A DNA stretch of 64,000 bases from the NCBI GenBank assembly GCA_950097015.1, contig CATNEN010000038.1, positions 21,142,001 through 21,206,000 of the forward strand, given 5' to 3'. The DNA is from Macrostomum hystrix (Eukaryota > Animalia > Platyhelminthes). Each line of letters begins with the position of its first letter. The stretch's first letter is position 1. Under the pieces are notes generated by a model, which was not told where the DNA came from, searched no databases, and saw only the letters and a program-made list of their open reading frames with translations. Both the position numbers and the translations under genes were made by a program. This document shows positions 47,392 through 61,367 of this stretch, one piece after another.

Positions 47392-48440
47392 GACTAGAAC
47401 TCAGACACACAACTAGAAAAAGAGGAGCGAAGAACGAGCTAGGCCTACACAAGAAAGAATGTGGCAGTTTACAAATGATTGAGCAACAAGTCTAGTACTA
47501 ATGGTGGTCCTAAGTCTAAAGTTACTGCCACAATAGATCCTAATATAATAATAATAATAAATAATTGAACTCAGCCTTAGCTGCAACCACCAGTTCCGAA
47601 TCTCGGCCGCCGTTGTCTTCGGCACACTGCTCAGTTCGCCACGGCAATCGGCAAGGTCCAGCTCAACCAGGCTTGCTGCACACCGCTCGGCTCGGATCGG
47701 TTCGGTTCAGCTTGGCTTGGCTTGTTCGCAGATGGCAGGTGCCCTTCAGTCGCAGGCCCGTTCAACCCGCGAGGCGATGCTCTGATGCTACCCGATTGTT
47801 GTTGGCCGCTGTTGCAACTGCAGGCTGGCACCGGCTGCCGTAGTAGCTGTTGTCGTGAACAGCTGGCGTAGGGCCGCTGCTGCCGGCGTTTGGCTAATTG
47901 ACTGCTATTGCTGATGTTGTAAGTGACGACCCGGCGGAAATGCTTTGCAGTGCTAGCCTGGCTCGCCTAGTCCACAAAAATCAAGCGGGGCGCAGGCCGA
48001 GAGAACCCTTAGGCAATCGATTGCAATGGCTAGGCGCAGTTCAACAGACGAGAGGGGTGGCGCTCGGCGGGCTAAAGCTTTGGGGTTGTTGCGCTTGCAA
48101 TTAAGAGTTGATACACCTAACCAGGTGTGTTTAGTGGTCACGTGATTGGACACAGGCGCAGAGCACAGAGGTTGGCTGGTTGTCTGACCCTCCTTTAGGC
48201 TTAGCGTCTGACTCACTCTGCGAAGACACACTGCCGATACGCTTAAGCTGATAAAGTTGGTTGTTGTTTACTTTCTCGATCGTCTGTGTAGTAGGTAGGC
48301 TGTGCCGTGAACTGATAGTGCTGAATCACTGTTGGACTTTAGTAGACTTGAGATCTAATTAATGATGAGTAGGCCTAGGCCTATGAGCTAGCTTTTTGAC
48401 GAATGACGATGGTCGATGACCGGGTTCGAATTGTCATTGA

Positions 48441-48454
48441 CGGTGGGTCCTCCA
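48441..48454 (-). other. Primer-binding site
   Basis: TGGAGGACCCACCG begins 6 nt inside the 5' LTR boundary; its TGG is complementary to a tRNA CCA end; it resembles tRNA-Thr-type PBSs (identity unverified). Confidence 0.65.
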
Positions 48455-48460
48455 AATTTA

Positions 48461-48916
48461 TATGACGAAGTTTCGGTTTATTTTAATAGCAAGGTAAATT
48501 ATCGATCGTTACAAAACCTTCGTAGCGGAAAGCACTCTCATGCAGTAAATTGGGCCTTCGAATTAAGAAATCGTCTTTACGGCGAATGCTGGCTATATCT
48601 TAGATGGGTTACAGAGCTACTCAATGGATTCACTTGAAATACAGCTACGGCTACAGTTCAGATTAGCCACTGACAAAATAACAACCAGCACTCAGTCGTA
48701 GAACAAGCCCGGGGGAAGGGTTGGGAGCCTTCCTGGAAAGGCCTAATTAGCACATTTGAATACGAACTACGACTATGTAGTACACTAAAACAAAACCATT
48801 ATAAATATATATGGAAAACCGAAGAAATATCCCTAACAAATATAGCTAACGAAAATAATGCACTTAATTAGAAATAGCATATTAAAATTACATTAAATTA
48901 GAGAGACAACGTCACA
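48461..48916 (-). repeat. 5' LTR
   Basis: Direct repeat of 40176-40631. Confidence 0.95.
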
Positions 48917-49367
48917 GAGTATTGAGGTCGCCTAGTAGATCGCTATATGGCATGGCTGTTAAGGAGTTGTGTATCGACGACGGCAACTGATTCTGGTGAC
49001 TGAGCGATCATGTTGTCTTGCTTATTTGATACATGCATTTTTAAGTGTGAAATGTCTTATATTTCCGAGCATTGGCTTTGTACACCATAATCTAGCCACA
49101 ACTTGTGCCATAGACTAAAAAGGTTGGTGACCGGTGGGGGTGAGTGGGTGGGTTCTAAAAATCGGCTTTATATTTTCGTCCTTATTGGCACTCTATTCTA
49201 GGCGACCTCAAGATACTCTTTGATTGAAAACATAAATCGAGATTTCTTGCCAAAAAAGCAATTTTCGTCTGTTTTGTCTCTGATTTATTTTTTTTAAAAA
49301 TGATTCGTTCTTCTTCAGAAAAAAAGAAATTGCGACACTAAAGTACAGCATTGCAGCTAGCCACTGG

Positions 49368-52300
49368 CTACTGCTTGTACCCCGAGTTTCCCTGCTTCGT
49401 GCGACCTTTGCTGCCGCCAGTGAAATTTTTCCGACGCAGAATATCGGACAACTCCTCGCGGTTGGCCAGTATCTTGTGCCAGTACTCTGGCTTAGTTTCC
49501 CAGAAGTCCTGGCATCGGCAGTGCCACTCCCAGAAGCAGTGTTGCTCACCATCGGGAAAGTAATAATAGACCGGCCGGCCAGTCTCAGTGCGGTGCTGTC
49601 TGGATTCAAAGTTGGAACGGAAAAAGGACACAACCTGCTGCTTAACCGCCAAGTTAATCAACTGTGGCGAGTTGACGCCCTTGGAGTACATGGACAGGTC
49701 GAAAATGTTCAATAGGTGCTTACGAATTCCGATGTAATTGACATCCTGATAGTCCAGTTTTTTCTCAATGAAGCCACAGTTTATTGGGTCTCCCATCTTG
49801 GCTAGTTCAACCATCAGTTCTAGCATTTGGGTGCCGCCGTCGCCCCACCGATCGTTGCGTTCTGTAAAAAAATCTCTGTACTTTTCAATTTCTTTTTCGA
49901 CTTCTCCGTCCATTTGTATTATCTTTCGGCCGGCGAGCCGTTTCAAGTACATCCACAAAAACTGCTTCTCTTCGTAGAGAACCTGATCGGCGGATTTCGC
50001 TAGACCATCGTTCTCGCCGCGGTCCTTCATTTCCTGGATTTTCATAGCCTGCCTGTCAAACATGCCGTCCCAAGGAAAAGAGTTCTTTAAGAGGCGGAGC
50101 AGTACGTAACAGGCTGACTCAATCTCGCACAAAGGCGTCCGACAGGCCATCAGGTGGTTGGAGCGTGGCGCCCATCGCTTATTACCCAGAGGTGTGATCA
50201 GGCCAGAGGTGTCCCAGGTCTCTTTGAATTTAGTCACTAGACCGAAGTCAATCAGATAGATGGTGTTGGTGTTTTCACCCCGGCCAGCCATCAGCTGGTC
50301 GCATTTGAGATCGTTGTGAGACAGACCAATGGCTGGCTCCTGCAGGCACTGCAGTCTAGAGATGAGCTGGTCGCCAATTAAAAATACCGTTCTGCATTGG
50401 GGTCGAAGTTGTCAATACGATTGGTGCGAATTCTAGACATACAAAATGCAGCAACTGTTACTCCTCTGTCAAAGGTATTATCTAGCTATTGCTATAAAGT
50501 ATACTAAAGTCCGCGGACTGTGCATGCCACCACAAACACCTGCCAACAAAATTTCTACCCCAGATCATGCTGGTAGTTTACATTTTACGAGTAAGCGACC
50601 TGAAGCAATTTGGAGGCAAAATTATGTCAATAAAACCCAAAGGTGTAATCCCAACTGGCCAAAATCTTTTTGCTTCTTTTTAAGCACTTTTATTTACCTG
50701 GTTGAGAGTCGTTGGTCACTCTGGCGACAATTGTTGCTGCAAACTTCAAGCATATCCTCCAGATCCGGGCCGCATAGTTCTAGTATCAGGAAGTGAAAGC
50801 CATACAGTTTTACCTTTTCCGACTTCTTGAAGCTGGTGAATGAATAGTCACCCAGTCTGCCAAAGACGTACGGCTTTGTGAAACCACGAGTGTCATTGTA
50901 GCCGTACCTGCGAATTAGATTTACAAGAAATACTCACGAACTCAATTCAAGGGCCAAAAGCCGCTTATTTTACTGGCACAGCTTCATAGGACGAATGCCA
51001 CTTTGTATGCCCCTTGATTTCCCTTGAGCAGCTCGATTTCACGGCGAGGCCAAATTCATTTGGGGCGCAGCCGCGGAGAGAAGGCTTGGCGGCTTGTCGT
51101 GCAATTTACGCCCTTAATTGAGGACCAACCTCCAAGGCATAGTGAGAGTGTACACTGCCTGACGATGAAAAAGTCAGGGCAGATTTACACACCTGTCTGA
51201 GTGTGTGCCTGCGTACGGTATCATGTGCGTGTGTGCTCAGGAGTCAGCGAAATGAGCAGAATTGCCTCCTCGCAGGCTGCAGGTCTATTGTCACCAAATT
51301 ATATGTGCCATTGCCCGCGGCCCTCCTGCAATTACTCGCATTATGACATTATTAAGCTGTACTGATGTACAGTCATGAATAGTTCATGGTAAATATTTTA
51401 GGTGAACCAAATATGGTACTACTGCGTTCGAATTGCTGTTATTTTATACCTGTACCTCCACGACATCTTGTATCGATTGAAAAATAAATTTATTTGGTGA
51501 AGGAGCATTTGCTCTGGTGTCTCTGAGCAGAAGAAAGAGCACGGGGGTATTTCAAATACTCACAACATCTTTATTTTTTCAGTATCTCCCAGAGTGTTCA
51601 ACCAATCGCAATAAAAATCCAGAACACAGGCTAAAATTTTCCGCTCTATTCGATGAAACAACTTCCGGAATCACAAAAACATCGGCATCGTCAAGAAATT
51701 CAACGATTCTCGTCTGGTGGCAAGAACCACAAATATGGGTACGAGTAAAACTGTATATTTCTCGTACTTTTTATGATTCACAAAATGTTATTGTGTGATG
51801 AAGTCGGCTATCGTTGCTGACTATTTAGGATTTTTTAATTGTAATTTTTTTCTTTTTCGAACGAATTAAATATGAATTCATCATAGAAGTTTATACAGTG
51901 GGGCTGTGAGCACTGACATCATTTGGTGACGGAATGCCATCAGCCACATATAGTATGCAGTTACATGTTGTGACGTAGCGAACTTTAGTAGTGGTGCTGT
52001 GGGCCGATTGCTAGTATTGCTTAATGGTGATTGCGCAATGTACATGCCAATGACACCTCTTTAATGTACATGCATTGATTGAGAAATTTATATAAAGCAT
52101 TGCACGCCCGTTTTGGAGGGCTGGAGCTTTTAAGTGGAATTGACACTGGCTGACTTCTCTCGCTCACTACATTACACTCACACAGGTGTGTACATTTTCC
52201 CTGACTCTCTAATTGTCATAAAGTGTACAATCTCACTGTGCCTTGGAGGTTGGCCCTCAACACTAGGAGTAAATTGCACGAAAAGCCCCCAAGCCTTCTC

Positions 52301-53340
52301 TCCGATGCTGCGCCTCAAATGAATGTGGCCTCGCCGTGGAATCGAGCTCGGGACCTTAGTGCAAAAGACAAGCGCGTTAACCGCTCTGCTACTGACCACA
52401 TCTAGCGTCACTCGCATAGATTAAATTTTCTCACCGATCAAAGATGGAACACAGGGTATTGTACTCCTTGAACAGGCTGAAGTTGTCAATGCAGGGCTCA
52501 GGCAAGTGCTCCTGTCTCACAGGGAAGTGCTCCAACTGAAACTTGAACACCGTCTCGCATTTCAGCGCTACAGCGGAGCCTCGCTTGATGGCCATCTCAG
52601 CTCGGTTTGGAAAACGCATCGGCGTCACCTGGTTGAGATAGTTGTGCTTCTCATCCTTCATTAGGCTTGTCGTGATTGTGTCTAGCTCGCCAAAAGTGAT
52701 CGACTTAAATGAAAGCGAAATATTATATTTACCAAATGTACTCAAAGTTTTAATTTTTCGAATAGTTTAGTCTGCTTAAAAGATATTTAATTCCTAATAT
52801 TTTGATAACATGCTACATACGGTCAAGGGATCACGACTTGAAATTATATTTTTGGATTCCCGACTCCACCTGAGTCGTTCAGCAACAAATTAGACTCTGT
52901 GTTGCCTCGCTTCACACTGCATCTAAATATGAGGACCAGCATAATCAGGTTGAGATTTGCCCTGAGTCTACGGAGTTATGTACCTAACGTTACGTAATTA
53001 ACAGACCGCTATTTATTTTTAAGCGGGCTATTGCTGGCACATATCTCAATTGTACAATGGCTCTGAAGTTCTGAACTTATCGGCTAAACTACTGTTTACG
53101 CGATCGGAGAACAGTATAATTTACTTTACTTACCCTCTTAGCAACGATCTGAAAAACGTGACCAAACGCTCCAGCACCTAGCAGAATAATTGACTCAGTA
53201 TGAAACAGGGCTCTTAGTGTTGCATTCTTCGTCATCTCCTGGATGTAAAAATTGGCAAGATGATGACGCACCGCTTCCTGATTCTTGTCGGCATTGAGAG
53301 CTCGATTTCTTCGCGAGCTCTGTCTAGCCAGTTGCGACAT
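49368..53340 (-). CDS. Divergent casein kinase 1-family kinase or pseudokinase, 4 exons: 53340-53134, 52703-52435, 50907-50698, 50391-49368 (~569 aa)
   Basis: GAGAFGHV loop, VALK, FLILELCGPDLEDM, TVFLIGDQLISRL, HNDLKCDQ, IYLIDFGL, FPW; GT-AG introns with phases 0, 2, 2 that join in frame. Confidence 0.87.
51030..51345 (+). mobile_element. SINE family B in kinase intron
   Basis: Matches the 58246 copy from the B box onward. Confidence 0.8.
52177..52400 (-). mobile_element. SINE family B (5' half)
   Basis: Reverse complement contains the A box GGTCAGTAGCAGAGCGGTTAACGCG and B box GCTCGATTCC. Confidence 0.78.
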
Positions 53341-53721
53341 TACTGTGTGTTTTATAGAAAAGGATATGCCTCACATGTGGCTATAGCAGGCACGTGTTGT
53401 TTCAAAATTGAATAGTTGTCGTTTTTTCGATTCTGGTTGCTAAATTTGTCCTTCAGTTATTAGATCTTCCATCGTTCAATCTGGGTGGATCTATTTTTAG
53501 TCTGACCATAGACAGAAAAACGAAGCTCGCAATCCATTCTCACCAAGCTGGAGTTAGCTTCAGAAGGTTAACAAACTCTTACTTTGTTCAAACAAAGGAG
53601 TAGAAAGAACAACTTAGCCACTTAGCCACAAATGATCCGATGGTTTGTGGTCACTATGAATTAACAATGACTAAATAACTGGAACGATGTTGCCATTGTT
53701 ATGTCCAAAAAGTCTTAGGAC

Positions 53722-54012
53722 TCGTATTTGAGGCGCAGCCGCGGAGAAAACCTCCAAGAGAACCAAGAGAACCTTGAGGGCCAACCTCCAAGGCACTGCC
53801 TGACGATGAGAAAGTCAGGGCAGATGTATATACACCTGTGTGAGTGTGTGCGTACGGTATCTGTGTGCGTGTGTGCTCAGGAGTCAGCGAAATAGTCAGA
53901 ATTGTCTACTCGCAGGCTGCAATTGTATTGTCACCAAATTATGTGCCATTGCCCGCGGCCCTCCTGCAATTATTAATAGTTTTATTATCATTATTATTAC
54001 TATTATTATTAT
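53722..54012 (+). mobile_element. SINE family B (3' part) with (ATT)n tail
   Basis: GGGCCAACCTCCAAGGCAC...GTGCCATTGCCCGCGGCCCTCCTGCA followed by ATT repeats. Confidence 0.8.
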
Positions 54013-54525
54013 TACAGTGCAATCCAGCTATTTCATCACTCCAGCTTTACCCGCAGGTTAAAAACAGGGAGGCAGAAATGTCCCAACGCGTAGCTGTAGG
54101 CTTTGAAAAACTAAAAGAAGTACACGGTAAAGATTTATGAAAGTAATAAACTCATTGTTTATAGTACGATTAAGATACTTTCAAAAAGAAATTTGTCAAA
54201 TTTTTGAAAGGCAAGCACGAACTTCACGACGTGATACGGTAGCTACGGTAGATACGTATGGAAATATATAATATATTGCTCGCATAGTTATGGAATAATG
54301 GGAAAGCATTTTTTGCCCCCTATCTACTCGTAGTTGCTTTTCGATCGGTTCTGATTCAGCAAATCGAAACTTTTTAGCGAGTCGAGAAGTTAGTCAAAAC
54401 CAGCGTCTGTTTAGGAATACACACTTGCCCACTTGCTTCACAATGTCTTTCGACAATGGTCCATTAAATATTTAGCGTTTCAAGACCTGTCAAGGCAAAA
54501 AATCATTTTGCTACCGTAAAACACG

Positions 54526-56487
54526 TCAATGAGACTCATCCACAGTGGAACACTTAGGCACAAAGCGCTTAACAACCCGAGCCGGAAGGCCGTCTGTCAG
54601 ACAACAGTCAATTGAGCTAAAATGGACAGACAGATTATTGTCACGGTAGAACTGCAGCAACTTATCCATGCTGTCGAACCAGCAGACGTCATTGCCAAGG
54701 GCTACTTTGCCAGAGGCCTCCGCGATTTTGATGTGCTCGATCCTTCTTCCAGTCTGCACAGAAAGTGCCTTGTCTCCGGTGCGGTTATCTCGGATCAAGA
54801 AGCTGCCGACCGGAGTTCTTGAAAGCAGCTGTTCTGATCGGACCCGATCAGTTTTCTTGTGATAGACTTCAGCGGCTGAGTAATTAAAAGTTAATTTATT
54901 CGGAGTCGTCAAAGCAGGGGCGGAGCCGCGACGTGGACGCATCGAGGACAAACACAATAGATGCACAGCTTGGTTGCAGTGGGAGCAGCTGTAGCCCTGC
55001 GTGAAAGAGCCAGAAAAAGCCTGCCCACACTTCGAACATAGAGTGTCCTCTGGTAGGTTCTTAAGCTCGAATTGGTGACCCATCGAGGTACAGCCGAGAG
55101 GTTTATGGAACACCATATTGGCCTCAATCATTTGCTTCCAATTAAGAAGAAGCTCATTGCTCTTATTCATGACTTCCAAGCAAACCCTATCGCCGTTTTC
55201 CCGAATGATTTCCAGACTGGAAGGCTTCTCACACTTTTTCACCTCAAGAATTTTGACGATCGGAACGTTAAAGTTGAACGAGCTATGGGATTGCTTCTTT
55301 TGCAGTCTAGAGGCAACGATCAGCTGCTTGGTGGTGAGGAGACAGGTGCACAACTTGGTCTCTGCCTTTTGATCATTCACAGTCCTCACCTTGAAGCAAT
55401 CGTCAGCCTGGTGCAGTCCGATCTGTGCCGGGTCGCGAAGCTCGGTCGGTAGGTCGTCGATCTGACCGAGCACCGCCTTCGTCACCGCCAGCTGCTCTGC
55501 CTGTCGCTTGTACTCGTTGGCTCGATCGAGGAGCTCCGACATGCCAGCAACAGCCTCACCGATGAGAGCAGCAGCGTGGGGTATCTCCTTCGCGGCTGAT
55601 TCCTGCAGCCGCTTGTAGAGCATGAGACAGCTCGTCATCTGTCTGATCGGAGAGTCGAACAAGGCACGGAATGTCAAACCGCATTGGCCATTGTTGAAGT
55701 GTCTCTCCAGTAAGCTAAGCTGAAGCTTCAGACCAGGTGCTTTCTTGAATTCCTCTTCCATTCTGGCGTTTGCAGTGGGCAGGTGCGAGAAGTACTGCTT
55801 GTAGATCTCCAGCTTCGGAGCCATCTCCCGGAACACTGTGCTCAGCTGCATGCAGAATCGTTCACACCCCTGATCGGCCAGACCTGCAAGCTTCGCATGG
55901 AACTCCTTGTGAACCAGGTAGAGCTGCTCAATGTGGCTAAACACGACGCACACAAAGTCCTCGCTCCACTCTGACAACAGTCCGAGAAGCTGCGCCCGGT
56001 AGAGCAGCAGTTTGGTGAGCTTGTCCACCAATGAGCTCTCGTGATCGCATATCTCCTTGATCACATTCTCCATGAGGCCACTGCCGACGCTCGTAGTCGA
56101 CTGTCGTCTCGGCTCCTGAGAAGCAACGCCAGGTCGGCTGAGCAGCTTTTGGATTGTGCTGATGACCTTCTCCGCGTTGCTTATGTCAAGAAGCTCGTCT
56201 GGCTCAAAAACCTCATCTTCTTGCATGCCGAACTCTTCAAGGCACTGAGTTCGGAAGAACTCCAAGTTGTTTCTCGCCATGAAAGACGAGTTGATGGAGC
56301 AGTATATGCTATCCTCGTTTGAAATTCGACCGTTGCTGAGTTGTGAAAGCACTGTGCACAGGATCTCTCCATCGCTGAGAATCTGACAAAGCTCCTCTTC
56401 GCTAGAACAATCCGATGCAAAGTCAGCGTCGGAGAAGAGCTTCTGAAGGCCTTTGATGCAGTCTTGGAATCTTCTGTTGGTCTCCAT
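54526..56487 (-). CDS. Vav-like Rho GEF, copy 1 (CH-DH-PH-C1-SH2), intronless, 653 aa
   Basis: CH (LSDGEILC..FMARNNLEFF..VFEPDEL), DH (VIKEICDHE..VFSHIEQLY..PIRQM), PH, C1 (HQF..CSKC..GYSCSHC..HLLC), SH2 (GSFLIRD..HIKI..FDSMDKLLQFY). Confidence 0.88.
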   Translation of the reverse strand: METNRRFQDCIKGLQKLFSDADFASDCSSEEELCQILSDGEILCTVLSQLSNGRISNEDSIYCSINSSFMARNNLEFFRTQCLEEFGMQEDEVFEPDELLDISNAEKVISTIQKLLSRPGVASQEPRRQSTTSVGSGLMENVIKEICDHESSLVDKLTKLLLYRAQLLGLLSEWSEDFVCVVFSHIEQLYLVHKEFHAKLAGLADQGCERFCMQLSTVFREMAPKLEIYKQYFSHLPTANARMEEEFKKAPGLKLQLSLLERHFNNGQCGLTFRALFDSPIRQMTSCLMLYKRLQESAAKEIPHAAALIGEAVAGMSELLDRANEYKRQAEQLAVTKAVLGQIDDLPTELRDPAQIGLHQADDCFKVRTVNDQKAETKLCTCLLTTKQLIVASRLQKKQSHSSFNFNVPIVKILEVKKCEKPSSLEIIRENGDRVCLEVMNKSNELLLNWKQMIEANMVFHKPLGCTSMGHQFELKNLPEDTLCSKCGQAFSGSFTQGYSCSHCNQAVHLLCLSSMRPRRGSAPALTTPNKLTFNYSAAEVYHKKTDRVRSEQLLSRTPVGSFLIRDNRTGDKALSVQTGRRIEHIKIAEASGKVALGNDVCWFDSMDKLLQFYRDNNLSVHFSSIDCCLTDGLPARVVKRFVPKCSTVDESH

Positions 56488-57219
56488 TCTTTTCCTTGCT
56501 GGTAATGAATTTTTTTGTTAATTTGCCTTTACTTATCTAGATACTTTTTGTAAGCAGCGGTAAAGATAATGAAAAAGCTTTGTGATGTTTTTTGTTTGAT
56601 CCGTGTTACTAACCATTTGCTATTGTTTGCTTACCTATTTAAAGCGTTTTTCTGTTTTTCGTCTAGTTGAAAGCTGTAGAGTGCTAGGATAGTCGTTTAG
56701 GAGGGGTTTGCTTTCTATGTGCATTCTATTATGCATGAGTACAATTGCGAGATGTACAGCTACTGCACAGCTGCGTTTCTTCGTACAGAGTCTCACGGCT
56801 TCTTGGACAGCCTTGCGTACTCGTATATGCATTTGTATCTTATTAAACCCATGCTTGCACGTATGTTTACTAGGAACAATGCACAATGTATGGTTTCGAT
56901 GCTAGAACTCTTTTTTTAGCCAACAGATTAATATAGGTTTGCTATTTTTCTCCAGAAACACGGATATGCAAGAAATAAATATGGTTCTTATCAGGGAGCT
57001 GATTTTCTTTGGGGATCTTAAATATTATCTACTTCGGAGCAGGAAGTAAAAATAAAACGAGCATAAGATCTGTTGAAAAAGAGACTATACGAGGGTTCTT
57101 CAATTTAATTTTCTATCAGGGGTGGAGTGCCTTACTCGCACTCTTTTTAAAATTGGGGAAGATTAGCTAGCAAAAAAATGCGGATACTTTACGGAACAAA
57201 TTACAGTGTGTAACAGACG

Positions 57220-58790
57220 CTGCGGACACGTCTGGGCGAGAAATTCGTCTGCAGACAAGGCTCGCCGGGATATTGTGTCTGCAGACAAGTCTCGCCGAGA
57301 AATTTGCAGACAAGTCTCCAGGGAAATCTGCGACACATCTCGCCAGGAAATCCATCAGCGGACACGTCTCACGGGAAATCCGTCTGCAAACTAGTCTCGC
57401 CGGGGAATTCGTCTGCGGACAAGTCTCACGGGAAATCCGTCTGCGGACAAGTTTCACCGGGAAATCCGTCTGCGGACTAGATTCGCCGGGAGCCGGGAAA
57501 TCCGTCAGCGGACACGTCTCGCCGGAAAATCCGTCAGCGGACAAGTCTCACGGGAAATCCATCTGCGGACTAGAATCACCGGAAAATCCGTCAGAGGAAA
57601 AGTCTCACCGGGAAATCCGTCTGCGGACTAGTCTGGCCGGGGAATTCGTCTGCAGACAAGTCTTGCCGGGAAATCTGCAGACAAGTCTCAAGGGAAATCT
57701 GCAGACAAGTCTCAAGGGAAATCTGCAGACAAGTCTCAAAGGAAATCTGCAGACAAGTTTCAAGGGAAATCTGCAGACAAGTCTCAAGGGAAATCTGCAG
57801 ACAAGTCTCAAGGGAAATCTGCAGACAAGTTTCAAGGGAAATCTGCAGACAAGTCTCGCCGGGAAATCTGCAGACAAGTCTCAAGGGAAATCTGCAGACA
57901 AGTCTCAAGGGAAATCTGCAGACAAGTCTCAAGGGAAATCTGCAGACAAGTTTCAAGGGAAATCTGCAGACAAGTCTCGCCGGGAAATCTGCAGACAAGT
58001 TTCAAGGGAAATCTGCAGACAAGTTTCAAGGGAAATCTGCAGACAAGTTTCAAGGGAAATCTGCAGACAAGTTTCAAGGGAAATCTGCAGACAAGTCTCG
58101 CCGGGAAATCTGCAGACAAGTTTCAAGGGAAATCTGCGGTCTAGTCTCGCTGGGGGAATTCGTCTGCGGACTAGTCTCGCCAGGAAATTGTGTCTGGAGA
58201 CAAGTCTCGCCAGTAAATCCGTCCGCGAACAAGTCTCGCCGGGAAGGGGGTCGGTGGCAGAGCGGTTAACGCGTTTGCCTCTCGCACTAAGGTCCCTAAG
58301 TTCGATTCCACGGCGAGGCCACATTTATTTGGGGCGCAGCCGCGGAGAGAAGGCTTTCGGGCTTGTCGTACAATTTACGCCATGGAGGGCCAACCTCCAA
58401 GGCACAGTGAAATGTACACTGCCTGACGATGAAAAAATTAGGGCAGATGTACGCACCTGTGTGAACGTGTGCCTGCGTAAAGTATCTGCGTGGGTGTGTT
58501 CTAAGTAGTCAGCAAAATCGGCAGAATTGCCTCCTTGCTGACTGTGGGTCTGGTGTCACCAAATGATGTGCCATTGCCCGCAGCCCACCTGCAGTTGTTA
58601 TTAATTATTATATTAGTCTCGCCGGGAAATTGTGTCTGCAGACACGTCTCACAGAGAAATTCGTCCGCGAACAAGTCTCGCCGGGAAATTGTGTCTGCGG
58701 ACAAGTCTCGAAGGGAAATCTGCAGACAAGTCTCGCCGATAAATCCATGAGCGGACAAGTCTCGCCGGGAAATTCGTCTGCTCGTGGGCC
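57220..58790. repeat. ~24-bp satellite GGGAAATCTGCAGACAAGTCTCAA, interrupted by a SINE
   Basis: Homogeneous core at ~57665-58135 with degenerate flanks. Confidence 0.92.
58246..58614 (+). mobile_element. SINE family B, full length, inserted in the satellite
   Basis: A box TGGCAGAGCGG, B box GTTCGATTCC, AT-rich tail, flanked on both sides by AGTCTCGCCGGGAA (apparent TSD). Confidence 0.87.
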
Positions 58791-59517
58791 CTAATTTTTC
58801 TCGAGAGTACTAGCGAGCAGCGGGATGGCAGAATAACAAAGGAAGGAGAACTTATCCCTCGAGAAGCAGTGGAGGGTGACTGGAGCATAAGCCCAGTAAA
58901 TTCTTACTGTGCGAGCGTATATTACAATTATCTTTGGGGCAGAAAAAAGGTTTGAAACCAGATTAAACAACAAAGAACCCAAAACACCGTTCCCTGACAG
59001 GGATGCCATTAAAAATCCTAAAGGATCGTGCTCAAATGTTGGCTCTCCCCATGGAACTCTGAATCTAGGAACTTGAGAAGCAACTTCCAGCCAAAAACCA
59101 ATTTTCCGGACCAGTATCACTAAGCAGATAGGAAATTCTGATGCACTACTAGGATAAAAACACAGATAACTTCTGTATCGGGCAAAATATTTTCAAATTG
59201 TTTGTTTCATCAGAAAGCTGAATAAATGCTCTATACGAGCGTATTTTAGTTGAAACAATTGTGCGTCTATCTTTTTTATATAGTGAGCTGTGCTTGAATA
59301 TAGTTTAAGGAAGACAAAAATTAGGTAAGTTGTACTGCAGAAAACTTTCGGATCTTTCGCCGTTTCGAAAAGTTTATTAGTTCATTCGATAGGTGCCAAT
59401 TAAATGCTTTCTACAAGTAAAGCTATGCGGGCTCGTACATTTCGCTTAAATCAAGCAATAAAAAAAAGTTTCATGCATTACAACATTTTAAGGTCGTGCA
59501 CTGGCATGTGAGATTTT

Positions 59518-61367
<1,850 letters not shown>

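Larger units (their letters stand above)
40176..48916 (-). mobile_element. Complete Ty3/Gypsy LTR retrotransposon (8741 bp)
   Basis: Two 456-bp LTRs with no difference I could see, 4-bp TSD GAGT (40172-40175, 48917-48920), PBS, PPT, and a single 2021-aa Gag-Pol with domain order PR-RT-RH-IN. Confidence 0.97.

Noticed and set aside
47392-48440. Accessory ORF in the retrotransposon leader
   Set aside because: Only short frames without a convincing ATG or recognisable motif; treated as 5' UTR.
51150-51190. Hammerhead ribozyme core (CTGACGA...GAAA) in SINE family B
   Set aside because: Only one nucleotide separates CTGACGA and GAAA, so there is no helix II; the segment folds as a simple hairpin.
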